34,820 bases of DNA, taken from positions 1-34,820 of the IMG/VR virus record IMGVR_UViG_2698536657_000023; one strand, given 5' to 3'. The first letter of the stretch is position 1. Each line of letters opens with the position of its first letter. A program made the position numbers and the translations under genes. The notes under the pieces were generated by a model, which saw only the letters and a list, made by a program, of their open reading frames with translations, was not told the origin of the DNA and did not search any database. Origin of the DNA: a virus (Duplodnaviria; Heunggongvirae; Uroviricota; Caudoviricetes). Shown in pieces: positions 10,504 through 20,858 of this stretch.

Positions 10504-10965
10504 TCACGTACTCGGATCATCTTTCTCGATGTAAAACCGATTCCACGTAAACGCGCTTTTGTTACCACTACCGCGAGGCATGTCATTTCGTCGCTCAAGT
10601 GGTGGTATTTTTGTTAAAGCGATACAGATTGTCTGATATGCACTGTCAGCAGCGGTCAGGAGAGCATCCGACGGCTGAATGACGTTATCCATGCACACCT
10701 GCACAGCGAGCTTCAAAGCGACGCCATCATTTGCCCATGCAGGGATACCTGAATCATCGTCAGGTAACGGCATGATGCCGTTTTCTGTATCAGCAAACTG
10801 ATATCCAAGCTCGATACCTTTCGCCTGCCATGCTGCCATCATGTCTTCGAGGTCATTAATGGCATCTTCAATTGCCTGAGGGTCGGCATCTGTCAACGTG
10901 GCATTGGAATACAGCCCGGCTTTTCGTAAAGCCTTAAGAACGAGATCACCCTTCGTTTTCGCCAT
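10504..10965 (-). CDS. Tail accessory factor / head completion protein, P22 gp4 family
   Basis: 153-aa acidic protein in the conserved position between coat and gp10. Confidence 0.8.
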   Translation of the reverse strand: MAKTKGDLVLKALRKAGLYSNATLTDADPQAIEDAINDLEDMMAAWQAKGIELGYQFADTENGIMPLPDDDSGIPAWANDGVALKLAVQVCMDNVIQPSDALLTAADSAYQTICIALTKIPPLERRNDMPRGSGNKSAFTWNRFYIEKDDPST

Positions 10966-11134
10966 CTTCTTCCGCCTTAGCCACTTTTTGCTTCGTTGCG
11001 GTTTCTTCAGGAGTTTTTACCCAGCCTTTTTTCAGGTGAGATTTAACTTCTTCGTCATCAACAATGATGTAATCGACAGCAAACTGACCACAGGTGATCA
11101 TGTTGCCAGGCTTATAGAGCATTGTTCGTGCCAT
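10946..11134 (-). CDS. Small hypothetical protein between coat and gp4
   Basis: 62 aa from internal ATG preceded by GGGAG; the track's upstream start lies inside the terminator hairpin; Lys/Glu-rich C-terminus; overlaps gp4 start by 20 nt. Confidence 0.5.
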   Translation of the reverse strand: MARTMLYKPGNMITCGQFAVDYIIVDDEEVKSHLKKGWVKTPEETATKQKVAKAEEDGENEG

Positions 11135-11145
11135 TGTCTTCTCCC

Positions 11146-11168
11146 AATAAAAATGGGGCCGAAGCCCC
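11146..11168 (-). terminator. Intrinsic terminator/attenuator hairpin immediately after coat gene
   Basis: GGGGC-TTCG-GCCCC hairpin (GNRA-like loop) followed on the minus strand by ATTTTTATT, 8 nt after the coat stop. Confidence 0.6.
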
Positions 11169-11175
11169 ACCAAAA

Positions 11176-12429
11176 TTACTGCCCGGCAATAACGATGCCC
11201 GTATATTCAGGAACAAGTACAGAGCAACCATACAGAGTGGTGAAACGAGCAGTGGTTACGCCTTTGATGTGGTCGAAGGCGTAAGACATGATCAGCGTAG
11301 CGCCCTGCTCGGTGGTTGCTGTCATTACCTGTGGACCCTGACCAGTCGGGAACGCCAGTTTGCCGTACATCAGTTCAACAGAACCATCAGCCCAGAACAG
11401 GTTAGCCGGTGCGGCATTTTTGTTGAGAATGGTAATTGCTGCACCATTTGCCGCGTTAGCATCAACGTTTGCATATGGACGGCTGGCGACATCCGCGTTG
11501 TCAGGCGGCAGAATTTTCGGGGAGATAGTTACTGTCGTTCCGCTAACTGCAAGAACGCGGAATACCTGTGGCTGCCCGGTGGTGTCTTTGGTGATCTGGT
11601 GTACGGAATTCACGTCAGCAATGGTGAACGCATCGCCAACCTGCAAACCAGATGCAGATACCGTAATAGTCCCCTGTCGGTTATCCACTGGCATATCGTT
11701 GGCATCTTTCGCTTCAACCTTGTGCGCAGGTTCAGCCGCCAGCGTCAGGGAAGTTGCTGTACCCTTCGGAACACGACCAGAAATATCGGTCTTGTAGCTA
11801 TCGAAGGACGCAACCGGAGGGATCTGCGCTTTTTCGTATGCTGTCAGGGTTGCGCCCTGAGCATAGGCACGGTGACCAAGCTCGCCAGCAAGGTCTTTGT
11901 AGTTGAAGGGGTTCCAGAAAGAGCGACGGTTGATACCCTGAGGTACACCAATCGCCGTCATGGTGGCATCAATACCTGCCGCACAGTTCCACAAATCACG
12001 GCCCTGTGAACCAGTGGTTGAGTCAGCCATTGTGATCACGTTAGTAGCACGCTGCGTGACCATGGAAATCAGGTCAGAGTCAATCTGTGCAGCAAGGCGC
12101 ATACCTGCGGCGCGACCAGCTTCAGTTTTATGTTCCGGGTCACGCATTTCACGCGCATCCAGAGTGTACAGAATGTTTTTCGGCTCCTTGAACACAGAAG
12201 GAACAAGGCGCTGAACCAGTGCTGTTGGCGTTTTGCTGCTGAGGTCGAGGCCTTCCTCAATGTTCATGTGGTAATGCTGCGGACGATACAGAACATCACC
12301 TGCTCGCTGCATTGCTGTATCACCGGGACGGAATTTTTTAGCGTTACGGGAAACTACGCAGGCGGCCTCAAAGCCTTCAACGTAGTTTTCGAACATGATT
12401 TCAAGGTCTTTTGCTAATTGGTTAGCCAT
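11176..12429 (-). CDS. Major capsid (coat) protein
   Basis: 417-aa ORF directly downstream of scaffold gene in a P22-type head module; size and position fit P22 gp5-type coat protein. Confidence 0.85.
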   Translation of the reverse strand: MANQLAKDLEIMFENYVEGFEAACVVSRNAKKFRPGDTAMQRAGDVLYRPQHYHMNIEEGLDLSSKTPTALVQRLVPSVFKEPKNILYTLDAREMRDPEHKTEAGRAAGMRLAAQIDSDLISMVTQRATNVITMADSTTGSQGRDLWNCAAGIDATMTAIGVPQGINRRSFWNPFNYKDLAGELGHRAYAQGATLTAYEKAQIPPVASFDSYKTDISGRVPKGTATSLTLAAEPAHKVEAKDANDMPVDNRQGTITVSASGLQVGDAFTIADVNSVHQITKDTTGQPQVFRVLAVSGTTVTISPKILPPDNADVASRPYANVDANAANGAAITILNKNAAPANLFWADGSVELMYGKLAFPTGQGPQVMTATTEQGATLIMSYAFDHIKGVTTARFTTLYGCSVLVPEYTGIVIAGQ

Positions 12430-12447
12430 GCTTAATGCTCCGATAGG

Positions 12448-13341
12448 TTATTTTTTTGCCTTTTTAGCGGCGAAATACGGCGTCCAGTCACCAGTTTCCA
12501 GCGCCTTGGCTTTCAGTTTGTCGAGGTTATTGATTACTGCGCCGTTGCTCCCCTTAACTGTCGGGGTTGTGGCTGCCGTGGTTTTTGCTTTTGGCATGAT
12601 TCTGGCCTTCGATTCGATACGTTCCAGCAGACGACCAATTGCTACGGGGTTGGTAGCTTCTGCCAGTTGCTTGCGCAGTTCAGCGTTGCGACCGAGCGCC
12701 AGAACAACGATTTCCGGCTTCTCTGACTCAAACAGGATCGCGTTTTGTGTCTCGATGGGGATTTCCTCGAGTACGGCCTGTTCTGCTTCCTGATAGCCAG
12801 GAACCTTGAGAGCCTTAACACGTTGCTGATATTTGGATAATCGCTCTTGATAGGCAGCCTGAAGCTCCTGCTCCTTCTGCTTGCGAGCCATCTCCTGTTG
12901 CTGGTACTTGCCGTTATCCTCTGCCCACTTAGCCATGCGTTGCTGGTAGATTTCTTCATCGAAACCGATGTCCTCATCGTCCAGTTTTGGCATTCGCGGT
13001 GGTTGAGTGATTACCGGCTGCTGCTCGACGGGTTTCTGAGACTGACGCATCAGCTCTTTCAGCTCGCGGTCTTTCTCTTTAATCGTCTTGCGCAGGTGTT
13101 TTACCAGTCCATGCTCTGCGCCATCTTCGCTGGTTGGCGAATCCAGCTTTTCGTCACCAAAGTAGAATTCCTGTTCTGATTCGTCGTCATCAGTTTCAGT
13201 AGCTTCCTCTGCATCATTGCCGGAGGACTCACTGCCATCTTCTGTTTCTACTTCTTCAGCCAGTTCGACATCATCAGGAATCTGCTCTGACGCGTCGGTT
13301 TCGATTTCAACTTCTGGTGTGTTTTCTGCCATCTGGTCCAT
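12448..13341 (-). CDS. Scaffolding protein
   Basis: 297 aa, highly acidic N-terminus, charged coiled-coil body and basic C-terminal helix-turn-helix-like tail; between portal and coat. Confidence 0.8.
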   Translation of the reverse strand: MDQMAENTPEVEIETDASEQIPDDVELAEEVETEDGSESSGNDAEEATETDDDESEQEFYFGDEKLDSPTSEDGAEHGLVKHLRKTIKEKDRELKELMRQSQKPVEQQPVITQPPRMPKLDDEDIGFDEEIYQQRMAKWAEDNGKYQQQEMARKQKEQELQAAYQERLSKYQQRVKALKVPGYQEAEQAVLEEIPIETQNAILFESEKPEIVVLALGRNAELRKQLAEATNPVAIGRLLERIESKARIMPKAKTTAATTPTVKGSNGAVINNLDKLKAKALETGDWTPYFAAKKAKK

Positions 13342-13431
13342 TTGTTACCCCTGTTTACTCGATGTTCAGCCCATCGGAAGGCAATAGGGTGCCAGGCCTC
13401 ATAAAGACAGCCATTGCACGTTATGGGTTAA

Positions 13432-15636
13432 TTACTGCTGTGGTTGTTGCTGAGTTGATTTTTGCAGGATGCTGCTGATGTCCATGCGCTGCGCATGGCC
13501 CTGTGCCTGACTTTTCAGGACAAGCTCTGCATCAGCACGGGCATTATCTCCTTGCTGTTGCTGGAACTGTCCGAGCAGTTTCAGAGCCTCGCGGATATCA
13601 GATTTCTGCTGACTATCGGCAGATGCGAGTATTTTCACAACATTTGCCGCTGCAACCTGAGCATCCGTCTGTGCCTGGAATGCTTTAACCTGAATGGCTG
13701 CCTGCTCGTTCTGCGCTTTCTGCAATTCAGCCTGACCAGCAAGAAGCTGACCTTGCGCTGCAACCATAGCCGGATCTGGCTGACTGGCCTGTTGTTGTTT
13801 CGCCTGTTCAACCATCTGCTGTTCTTCAGGCGTTCTCGGCTTGATAACGCCAGACAGAAGCAACTGATTGCGGTTGTATTCTTTCAGGTCGTTCATCCCT
13901 TCGCCGTCCATATTGTCGAGAATCATAGACGATACAAGGTCGTGCTTCGGCGTTCCTGGTGGGATAAGTGCCAGCATGGAAAGTAACGACTTAACCGTTG
14001 CATCACGGCGAGTAGCGAACGACTGACCAACATCGACAGTCACTTCATAGTTACCCTGCGAAAGGTCGTTAAGCGCGATAACCTTCCCTGTCTGACGGTC
14101 AACCACTTCACCTGTCATCAGCGCCACGTCATCGCTGCCGTCCTCATTAACGATACGCATCGGCGTATCACTGCCATAGACCTCACGCGCCATAGAAAGC
14201 CACACGACGCCAGCGCGGCGCATGGATTTAGCCATGTTGTCCATGTAGATATAGGACTGCGTATCCATCCGGTTAAAAATGCTATCAACGGTATCGGTGG
14301 CGATGTTGCTCGGCATGTTCTCAAGCTGCGACGCACCTGTAATTTGCTGAATAGCCGTTCCGGTGTACTGCAATAGCCCGGCAAGAGCAGGAGGCATTTG
14401 TGTCGGAGGTGTCCAGCCAGCAACCTGAGCCTCTGAAATGACCGTTCCGTTTTTGTCCTTCTTGCTGGTCATGGGAAGAACTGCAGGTCTTTTCTTATTC
14501 CTCTCTGCCCAGTGATTCATTAATGGACCGGGAATGAAATCAACATCCACGATAGGAATGCCATCACCGCCAGCCTGAGTAGCGTTATCTGCAATCATGG
14601 AAACCATCAGGTTCTCAAGACGCTGTGCATCCATCGCTTTTGCTGCGTGGCCTTCGATTCGCTCCTGATTATCAACAAATGAACGACGCCCATATACCGG
14701 GATGAGAGGAATATGTTCGCCCGGAATACGCTTAGGTTCTTCCAGCCATTCAGCGCCAGACAGAAGACCGCAATAAACTCTGCGTTTCTTCACCGTCCGC
14801 TCACCGATCAGTTCGAATGCACCATCGGTTAGCTCATCGACAATATCTTTGATTTGATCTTCATCATAGATTGCCGTTTCTCCGCTAACAGGGTTGCGCC
14901 ATGCCGTGAGCTTCACCTTCTCTATGCGAACTTCGTAGTAGCGCCCAACATAGATGGCATCTGGCGTTGACCAGTCATATTGAGTGCCAGTGTCATCACG
15001 AGAAAGGCTTGCCGCGATGGAATCAGGGTATTCAGCCTCGAACGCTTTGGGCGTCATGGAGAACATTTCCATAGCCCACATAGCATCAGAGCGGTCATAT
15101 TGCTTGCTGTCCTGATCGAAGAAGACGCATGTCGCTGGGTCGTAAACAGGAAGAAGGCTGATGCGTCGCTGCTCGTTACTCGGGTCCATTTCATCTTCGT
15201 AATCGGCACACATGCGGAAACAACCGAATCCGCCCGTTACGGCATCATCAAATGCGTTATCACACGCTTCACCACCGGATGTTTCCTGATAGTCAGCGCG
15301 GAATTTGCCGTTCATCTTTTCGGCTAACGCTTCCGATGCCTTATCGTCCTTCGGCCTGAATTTAACGCTGATGCGATTCTGTCGATACTCGCCAATGATG
15401 CGATCACATTCACGGGCAATCTTATTCAGTTCAAAGCGCGGATAATGCTCAAACCTGCCTTCATCAAATGAGTAACCAGCGCTTGTGCTGCCTTCCCACT
15501 GTGCGCCGGATACCCGGACGAAACGTTGAGCCTCAATAATCTGCTCACGCATATCCTGCGTTGCTGACCAGGCATTATCAAAGTTGCACAGCACCTTGCG
15601 ATGCCAGTCAGTCATCTTTCTATCATCAGCCATCAT
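13432..15636 (-). CDS. Portal protein, P22 gp1 family
   Basis: About 734 aa; conserved P22-portal blocks (GEHIPLIPVYG, PRTPEEQQ, DPAMVAAQGQLLAGQAELQKAQN, EDARA-type C-terminal barrel helix). Start set at the ATG overlapping the terL stop (ATGA); the track start is an upstream TTG. Confidence 0.9.
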   Translation of the reverse strand: MMADDRKMTDWHRKVLCNFDNAWSATQDMREQIIEAQRFVRVSGAQWEGSTSAGYSFDEGRFEHYPRFELNKIARECDRIIGEYRQNRISVKFRPKDDKASEALAEKMNGKFRADYQETSGGEACDNAFDDAVTGGFGCFRMCADYEDEMDPSNEQRRISLLPVYDPATCVFFDQDSKQYDRSDAMWAMEMFSMTPKAFEAEYPDSIAASLSRDDTGTQYDWSTPDAIYVGRYYEVRIEKVKLTAWRNPVSGETAIYDEDQIKDIVDELTDGAFELIGERTVKKRRVYCGLLSGAEWLEEPKRIPGEHIPLIPVYGRRSFVDNQERIEGHAAKAMDAQRLENLMVSMIADNATQAGGDGIPIVDVDFIPGPLMNHWAERNKKRPAVLPMTSKKDKNGTVISEAQVAGWTPPTQMPPALAGLLQYTGTAIQQITGASQLENMPSNIATDTVDSIFNRMDTQSYIYMDNMAKSMRRAGVVWLSMAREVYGSDTPMRIVNEDGSDDVALMTGEVVDRQTGKVIALNDLSQGNYEVTVDVGQSFATRRDATVKSLLSMLALIPPGTPKHDLVSSMILDNMDGEGMNDLKEYNRNQLLLSGVIKPRTPEEQQMVEQAKQQQASQPDPAMVAAQGQLLAGQAELQKAQNEQAAIQVKAFQAQTDAQVAAANVVKILASADSQQKSDIREALKLLGQFQQQQGDNARADAELVLKSQAQGHAQRMDISSILQKSTQQQPQQ

Positions 15637-17129
15637 CCAACTCCGCAAGGTATGTTGTAGCTTGAGTAATCAATCTCTTTAGGATCTTTGATGTCTCGCA
15701 TCTGTATTGCAAAACGCCTCATCATGTAGCCATAGCGAACAGCAGAAAGGATGTCGTCATTTAGCTTGACGATCTTCCCGTTCTCATCGCGGTGATACAG
15801 GCGAAACTCTTCAAAGAATGGCTCGCAGGTGTTAAATACCTTGAAACGACCGTCGAGCATCATGTCGCGTATCTCTGCTATCCCGGGTTCGACCGCATTA
15901 CCTCCATCAGGCCATGTTGCATGATCTGGCAACATGTCGAACCCAGCGTCGGCGTATTGTTCCTTGAGCTGAGCGCCGCCTCCCTTTTCGTGCTGATGCC
16001 CGTCATGAGGCCAAGCCGTAGGGGTGTTTTTGCTCCATGCTTTAACAGCACTCCATGCCTCTGTCGCCTTCTTCTGTTTGGCCTTCCAGACGCGAGAAAG
16101 ATAAATCACGTCCTCGTCTTTATCCCACCAAAGCTGGATGTGTGCCTGTGGGTGATCCCATCCGAAGTCCATTGCATTGATGACGTAGAAGTGATCAGGA
16201 CACTCGAACGGCTGACACTTAATCGTCTCTTCCGGTATCTGGAAGATTCGACCGCTACCCATCGTAGGAATACCGCGAGCACGCGCCTCTCTCTCATGCT
16301 CAGGATAGGATGCGATGATTTGCTCTTTCTGCTCGTCGGTGTAGTGCTCAGCGTCATAGATGGTCATGTTGACCACTTTCTGCGACTTGCTGGGATTCTT
16401 CAGGAACTTGGTAACAACGTCAGACATCCCCATCAGCGGGGTAAACGTCAGAATTGAGAATTGCCCGTATTTGTTGGTACGGGTAAGGCCTTCGCCATAA
16501 ATGCTGTATGGTGGCTCTTCGTCAAACCACACGCCGTGGATTGTGTCACCCTGCCAGCGAGCACGGCCTTGCGAGTATGGTTTGAAGTAGCAGATTGAAA
16601 TGCCATCTTCAACGCCATCAGCTGTATGATGCTTAACCAGAAGATGATCAACAAGGTTCGGAAAGAAAGGAGACTTCTTCCAGCTAATGATGTCTTCTTT
16701 CGGTATGGAACCGTAGCCAGGCTCATCATTCTCTTCGATACGACCGCACAGGATGCGTTGAGTCGTTTTGGTTACAGTCTCGTTTGTCTCGCCACCAATC
16801 CAGAAGACAACAGGCTCATAGAAACGCTTACCTTTCCACTCACCGCCATATTTACCATCAGCTGGATAGCCTTTTGTGCCCGGATAACGCCCGGTAAGGT
16901 GAAACGCGACTTCAGCAGCACCAGTAAATGACTTACCAAGCTGGTTACCAGCCATAAAACATCGCTCTGGATAGTCATGCCCGGCGTCGATGAACTCACG
17001 CTGTTTGCTGTATGGCGTAAATTCATATAGCAGGTGTGTGTTCCGGTAGTTCTCTTCTTCTTCGAGTAGCTCGAGCAATTCGATTTGCTCTTCGTCGCTC
17101 AGGTTATCAAGAATCGCGTCCAGTTCCAC
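15633..17129 (-). CDS. Terminase large subunit, P22 gp2 family
   Basis: 498 aa; N-terminus [37 protein letters not shown] matches P22 gp2; apparent GTG start overlapping terS. Confidence 0.95.
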   Translation of the reverse strand: MELDAILDNLSDEEQIELLELLEEEENYRNTHLLYEFTPYSKQREFIDAGHDYPERCFMAGNQLGKSFTGAAEVAFHLTGRYPGTKGYPADGKYGGEWKGKRFYEPVVFWIGGETNETVTKTTQRILCGRIEENDEPGYGSIPKEDIISWKKSPFFPNLVDHLLVKHHTADGVEDGISICYFKPYSQGRARWQGDTIHGVWFDEEPPYSIYGEGLTRTNKYGQFSILTFTPLMGMSDVVTKFLKNPSKSQKVVNMTIYDAEHYTDEQKEQIIASYPEHEREARARGIPTMGSGRIFQIPEETIKCQPFECPDHFYVINAMDFGWDHPQAHIQLWWDKDEDVIYLSRVWKAKQKKATEAWSAVKAWSKNTPTAWPHDGHQHEKGGGAQLKEQYADAGFDMLPDHATWPDGGNAVEPGIAEIRDMMLDGRFKVFNTCEPFFEEFRLYHRDENGKIVKLNDDILSAVRYGYMMRRFAIQMRDIKDPKEIDYSSYNIPCGVG

Positions 17130-17595
17130 GGTTGAATAGCTCCTTGATACGAGAGCGTCGCTTATCGCGATCTCCCTTATCAGGTGTCACGTCTTCAACT
17201 TGCGACTGCTCTTTGAGGCCCAAATCACGGGCGATGATGTTAGCGTTGAGAAGGTCAGCGGCTGCGCCAGAGAATTTCTGGTCGTAGATGATGTCTTCCG
17301 CTCGTGATGTGACGTCAGAAAAACCTTCCATTGACCGGAAGGTTCCCCATGTTTGCCTGGTGATATCAAGGAAGGTACACAATCCTGAAATAGTCATGGC
17401 TCGCATCTTAGGGACATTAGCCTTAATTATTTCTCCCTGATATGAAAATACCTTACCCTCCCATAGTGGGTTATCATCAGCCCACTCGAAGTATTCACAA
17501 CAAGCAGCCCACAGCGCCTCAGGCGATTCGAATTTAGGATTTCGCCCATGACTACTGCGGGCCTCCCAAAATCGGTTGCCCTTTGGTGCTGCCAT
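17107..17595 (-). CDS. Terminase small subunit, P22 gp3 family
   Basis: 162 aa; [50 protein letters not shown] matches P22 gp3 (also 162 aa). Confidence 0.9.
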   Translation of the reverse strand: MAAPKGNRFWEARSSHGRNPKFESPEALWAACCEYFEWADDNPLWEGKVFSYQGEIIKANVPKMRAMTISGLCTFLDITRQTWGTFRSMEGFSDVTSRAEDIIYDQKFSGAAADLLNANIIARDLGLKEQSQVEDVTPDKGDRDKRRSRIKELFNRGTGRDS

Positions 17596-17674
17596 ATTGA
17601 TTATTTCCCTTCTGCTTGCTTATCCCATTCATCGCGGAATTTGGATGGGTTGTCGAAACCTTGAGTTGCCATGT

Positions 17675-17854
17675 TTATGCTCCGGTGGTGAACAGGTCTA
17701 ACGCTTCCTTCGATTTACGCACCGCTTCGATAGTGCGGGTCGTGATATCTGAATTAGCGCCGCCTGACTGGAAGTGAATTTTGAATAGCTCAAGCTTCAG
17801 TTCGTCAGTGCCAATGAACTGAAATGCTTCTTCTGCGGCTGCGTTCTGGTTCAT
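17675..17854 (-). CDS. Small hypothetical protein (59 aa) between rha and terS
   Basis: ATG-initiated ORF MNQNAAAEEAFQFIGTDELKLELF... read on the minus strand; below the 60-aa track cutoff; no clear SD. Confidence 0.3.
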   Translation of the reverse strand: MNQNAAAEEAFQFIGTDELKLELFKIHFQSGGANSDITTRTIEAVRKSKEALDLFTTGA

Positions 17855-18083
17855 GACCAGTTTGCCGTTTATCCGTTAAAAGGGATATCAGTTAAGTTAT
17901 CCCGTGTAGGGTATAAGCCATTATCGAGACCACTCATTGAATGGCCTCTGCAATAACCGATGTCTTTCCATCAGTCCGCCACCACAAAGAATCTTTTTTG
18001 CCATCAGGCAGGAGGTTCATCTTTCAGTGGCTGCCAGTGTTATTTCCCCACTTACTGGCTTGGGTTGTTTCGTGGTACTGCTG

Positions 18084-18626
18084 TTAATTAGTGAGTCCGG
18101 GGATTACGGTTTGCCCGTGCTGTTCAAGGCGTTCAATTCTCGCCAGTAGCTGAGGCTTCTTAATTTTTCCCCAGCGATTGAGCAGGCGACCTGACATGCT
18201 GGCAACATCCTTCTCTTTCATGTACTCCAGCATTACGGCATTTCTCTCTTCTTCAAATTGACGATGACCAACCTGAAGCATGGCGTACATCCAGTTAAAT
18301 GCGTTGATGTAAGCAATTTTGATACGCATTGCTTCTTTTTTGGTGTAGGACATAACCAAAAGCATCAACCCATCCTTGCGGAGACGGTAGAATTTTTGCG
18401 GCTTACCATTCTGTAACTCATTGTTTTTATAGCAAAGCTCAAAGTTGAGCTTTGTATCAAACTCAGGAGGGCAAGCTTCTATGGTTCGCTCAATGTCACG
18501 GACTACGTTCTTCGGCAGCTTTCCAAATGCTTTTGCCACCATAAAAGAATCTGTAACCGGATCGTTGTTTGCTACAAAAATTAGGTCTCTGAAATCTATA
18601 TCGTTAACAACGGTTGGGTAGTTCAT
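18084..18626 (-). CDS. rha: Rha-family phage regulatory protein
   Basis: 180 aa; N-terminal block VVNDIDFRDLIFVANNDPVTDSFMVAKAFGKLPKNVVRDIERTI is the Rha signature; located between lysis genes and terS as P22 rha. Confidence 0.75.
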   Translation of the reverse strand: MNYPTVVNDIDFRDLIFVANNDPVTDSFMVAKAFGKLPKNVVRDIERTIEACPPEFDTKLNFELCYKNNELQNGKPQKFYRLRKDGLMLLVMSYTKKEAMRIKIAYINAFNWMYAMLQVGHRQFEEERNAVMLEYMKEKDVASMSGRLLNRWGKIKKPQLLARIERLEQHGQTVIPGLTN

Positions 18627-18774
18627 TGCGTCTTTACCTTTTAGAAAGATGAGCCTGTTCGCACAGAAAAGCCGTCCCCGAGATGGTCGCCACCATATAC
18701 GGCAATTCTCAGGCTCAGCTTTCTGAAAGACTCGGGATTGTTACGCGCTGCGATGCGCGGTTTACTGCAGATGT

Positions 18775-18800
18775 AAAAAAGCCCCGCAAATGCGAGGCTA
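18775..18800 (-). terminator. Intrinsic terminator downstream of lysis cassette
   Basis: Minus-strand RNA GCCUCGC-AUUU-GCGGGGC (one G-U pair) followed by UUUUUU. Confidence 0.45.
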
Positions 18801-18972
18801 AATCCTGGTATTTGTAATGACTGGCTCTTATCTCAACGCAGACCCTTACCGCGCGCCAGATGCTCAATATCAAGCATCAGCAATGAGATGTTTAATCTGG
18901 ATTCACTCCAGAAGTGATCACCACCCTGTCTACAGAGCCAGATGTGAAGGATGATGAGTAAAATTATCGCTA

Positions 18973-19410
18973 TCATCGAAGGCATTGCGTCCTGATGTAC
19001 TCCTGCAGGTAGTTAACCTGCGCGGTTATCCTGTCTATTCCACTTCGGAGACGGTAATAATTGAGTTCAGCATCTGCTGTAAGTCTTGGGCTTTCTCCAT
19101 CGCCCATGCTGCTGGCTCCGGTCGTTGACTTTGCACAGGTGGCGGCGACTTGCAGGCGCTTACGACCAGCAGAAACATCAGCACGGAGACTTTCGATAGT
19201 CGCGTTAGCATCAGCAAGCTCCTTTGTGTATCTGGCATCGAGTTCAGCTACATCACGTTGACGCTTCTGCATATCAGCGATGATGGATGTGGCTTTATCG
19301 CGCTGCTCTTTGTAGGTCATGGCGTTATCACGGTAATGATTAACAGCCCATGACAGGCAGACGATGATGCAGATAACCAGAGCGGAGATAATCGCGGTTA
19401 CTCTGCTCAT
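18973..19410 (-). CDS. Rz: Spanin inner-membrane subunit Rz (P22 gp15-type)
   Basis: 145 aa; N-terminal TM segment [30 protein letters not shown] and coiled-coil body; matches P22 Rz rather than lambda Rz after the first 35 residues; start coupled to R stop (ATGA). Confidence 0.85.
   Translation of the reverse strand: MSRVTAIISALVICIIVCLSWAVNHYRDNAMTYKEQRDKATSIIADMQKRQRDVAELDARYTKELADANATIESLRADVSAGRKRLQVAATCAKSTTGASSMGDGESPRLTADAELNYYRLRSGIDRITAQVNYLQEYIRTQCLR
19035..19211 (-). CDS. Rz1: Spanin outer-membrane lipoprotein subunit Rz1, embedded in Rz +1 frame
   Basis: Embedded ORF with signal peptide, lipobox VSAC and Pro-rich mature region ([16 protein letters not shown]); start taken at internal Met (MLTRLSK...). 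Confidence 0.7.
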   Translation of the reverse strand: MLTRLSKVSVLMFLLVVSACKSPPPVQSQRPEPAAWAMEKAQDLQQMLNSIITVSEVE

Positions 19411-19883
19411 ACCTCAATCTCTCTGACCGTTCCGCCTGCTTCTTTGAATTTTGCAATCAGGTTGTCAGCCTTATGCTCGAACTGACCATAACCAGCGCCC
19501 GGCAGTGAAGCCCAGATATTGCTGCAACGGTCGATAGCCTGACGGATATCACCGCGATCAATCATCGGTAAAGCGCCACGCTCTTTAATCTGTTGCAGTG
19601 CCACAGCGTCCTGGCTTTTCGGAGAGAAATCTTTCAGGCCAAGCTGCTTACGATAGGCATCCCACCAACGGGAAAGAAGCTGGTAACGGCCTGCAGCTGT
19701 TGATTTGAGTTTGGGGTTTAGCGTGACAAGTTTGCGAGGGTGATCTGAGTAATCAGTGAATAGCTCTCCGCCTACAATGACGTCATAACCATGATTTCTG
19801 GTTTTCTGACGTCCGTTATCAGTCCCCTCTGACCACGCCAGCATATCGAGGAACGCCTTACGTTGATTATTGATTTCCACCAT
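19407..19883 (-). CDS. R: Endolysin, lambda R lytic transglycosylase
   Basis: 158 aa, essentially identical to lambda R ([39 protein letters not shown]...). Confidence 0.95.
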   Translation of the reverse strand: MVEINNQRKAFLDMLAWSEGTDNGRQKTRNHGYDVIVGGELFTDYSDHPRKLVTLNPKLKSTAAGRYQLLSRWWDAYRKQLGLKDFSPKSQDAVALQQIKERGALPMIDRGDIRQAIDRCSNIWASLPGAGYGQFEHKADNLIAKFKEAGGTVREIEV

Positions 19884-20190
19884 CTTCTACTCCGGCTTTT
19901 TTAGCAGCGAAGCGTTTGATAAGCGAACCAATCGAGTCAGTACCGATGTAGCCGATGAACACGCTCGTTATATAAGCGAGATTGCTACTTAGTCCGGCGA
20001 AGTCGAGAAGGTCACGAATGAACCAGGCGATAATGGCGCACATCGTTGCGTCGATTACTGTTTTTGTAAACGCACCGCCATTATATCTGCCGCGAAGGTA
20101 CGCCATTGCAAACGCAAGGATTGCCCCGATGCCTTGTTCCTTTGCCGCGAGAATGGCGGCTAACAGGTCATGTTTTTCTGGCATCTTCAT
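19867..20190 (-). CDS. S: Holin/antiholin, lambda S (S107/S105 dual start)
   Basis: 107 aa, [22 protein letters not shown]...; dual-start Met1/Met3 motif and three TM segments; near-identical to lambda S. Confidence 0.95.
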   Translation of the reverse strand: MKMPEKHDLLAAILAAKEQGIGAILAFAMAYLRGRYNGGAFTKTVIDATMCAIIAWFIRDLLDFAGLSSNLAYITSVFIGYIGTDSIGSLIKRFAAKKAGVEDGGNQ

Positions 20191-20587
20191 GTCTTACCCC
20201 CAATAAGGGGATTTGCTCTATTTAATTAGGAATAAGGTCGGTTACTGATAGAACAAATCCAGGCTACTGTGTTTAGTAATCAGATTTGTTCGTGACCGAT
20301 ATGCACGGGCAAAACGGCATGAGGTTGTTAGCGCAACCTCCTGCCACCCGCTTTCACGAAGGTCATGTGTAGAAGGCCGCAGCGTAACTATCACTGATGA
20401 ATTCAGGATAGCCAGTGGCTACGGCTCAGTTTAGGTTGTGCTGTTGCTGGGCGGCGATGACGCCTGTACGCATTTGGTGATCCGGTTCTGCTTCCGGCAT
20501 TCGCTTAATTCAGCACAACGATAAGAGCACTCGGTGCATTTAAGCCAAGCCCCATAAGGGAGAATGCTCTTACCTGTTGCACAGATA

Positions 20588-20647
20588 TAAAAAATCCCGA
20601 AACCGTTATGCAGGCTCTAACTATTACCTGCGAACTGTTTCGGGATT
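20588..20647 (-). terminator. tR' terminator ending the PR' leader (6S) transcript
   Basis: Minus-strand compound hairpin AUCCCGAAAC...GUUUCGGGAU followed by UUUUUUAU about 193 nt from the predicted PR' start; sequence matches the lambda tR' region. Confidence 0.75.
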
Positions 20648-20779
20648 GCATTTTGCAGACCTCTCAGCCTGCGATGGTTGGAGTTCCAGACGATACGTCG
20701 AAGTGACCAACTAGGCGGAATCGGTAGTAAGCGCCGCCTCTTTTTATCTCACTACCACAACGAGCGAATTAACCCATCG

Positions 20780-20816
20780 TTGGGTCAAATTTACCCAACT
20801 TTATTCAAAAAGTCAA
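20780..20816 (-). promoter_or_regulatory. Late promoter PR' with qut region
   Basis: Minus strand TTGACT-17 nt-TAAATT with predicted +1 A seven nt downstream, 43-78 nt after the Q stop; matches lambda PR'. Confidence 0.75.
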
Positions 20817-20858
20817 TATCATGCCGTTAATATGTTGCCATCCGTGGCAATCATGCTG

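Noticed and set aside
11122-12009. 295-aa plus-strand ORF antisense to the coat gene
   Set aside because: Lies entirely antisense to a recognised, well-placed structural gene; Cys/Arg-rich low-complexity product typical of a shadow ORF.
13432-15648. Track start codons for portal, terL, dacD, cro, NinB, NinI, cII, Erf and SSB
   Set aside because: Several track starts are upstream TTG/GTG or in-frame extensions; starts were reset to the ATG matching homologue N-termini or coupled to the upstream stop.
15792-16457. 221-aa plus-strand ORF antisense to terL
   Set aside because: Shadow ORF opposite a conserved terminase gene; no SD or recognisable domain.
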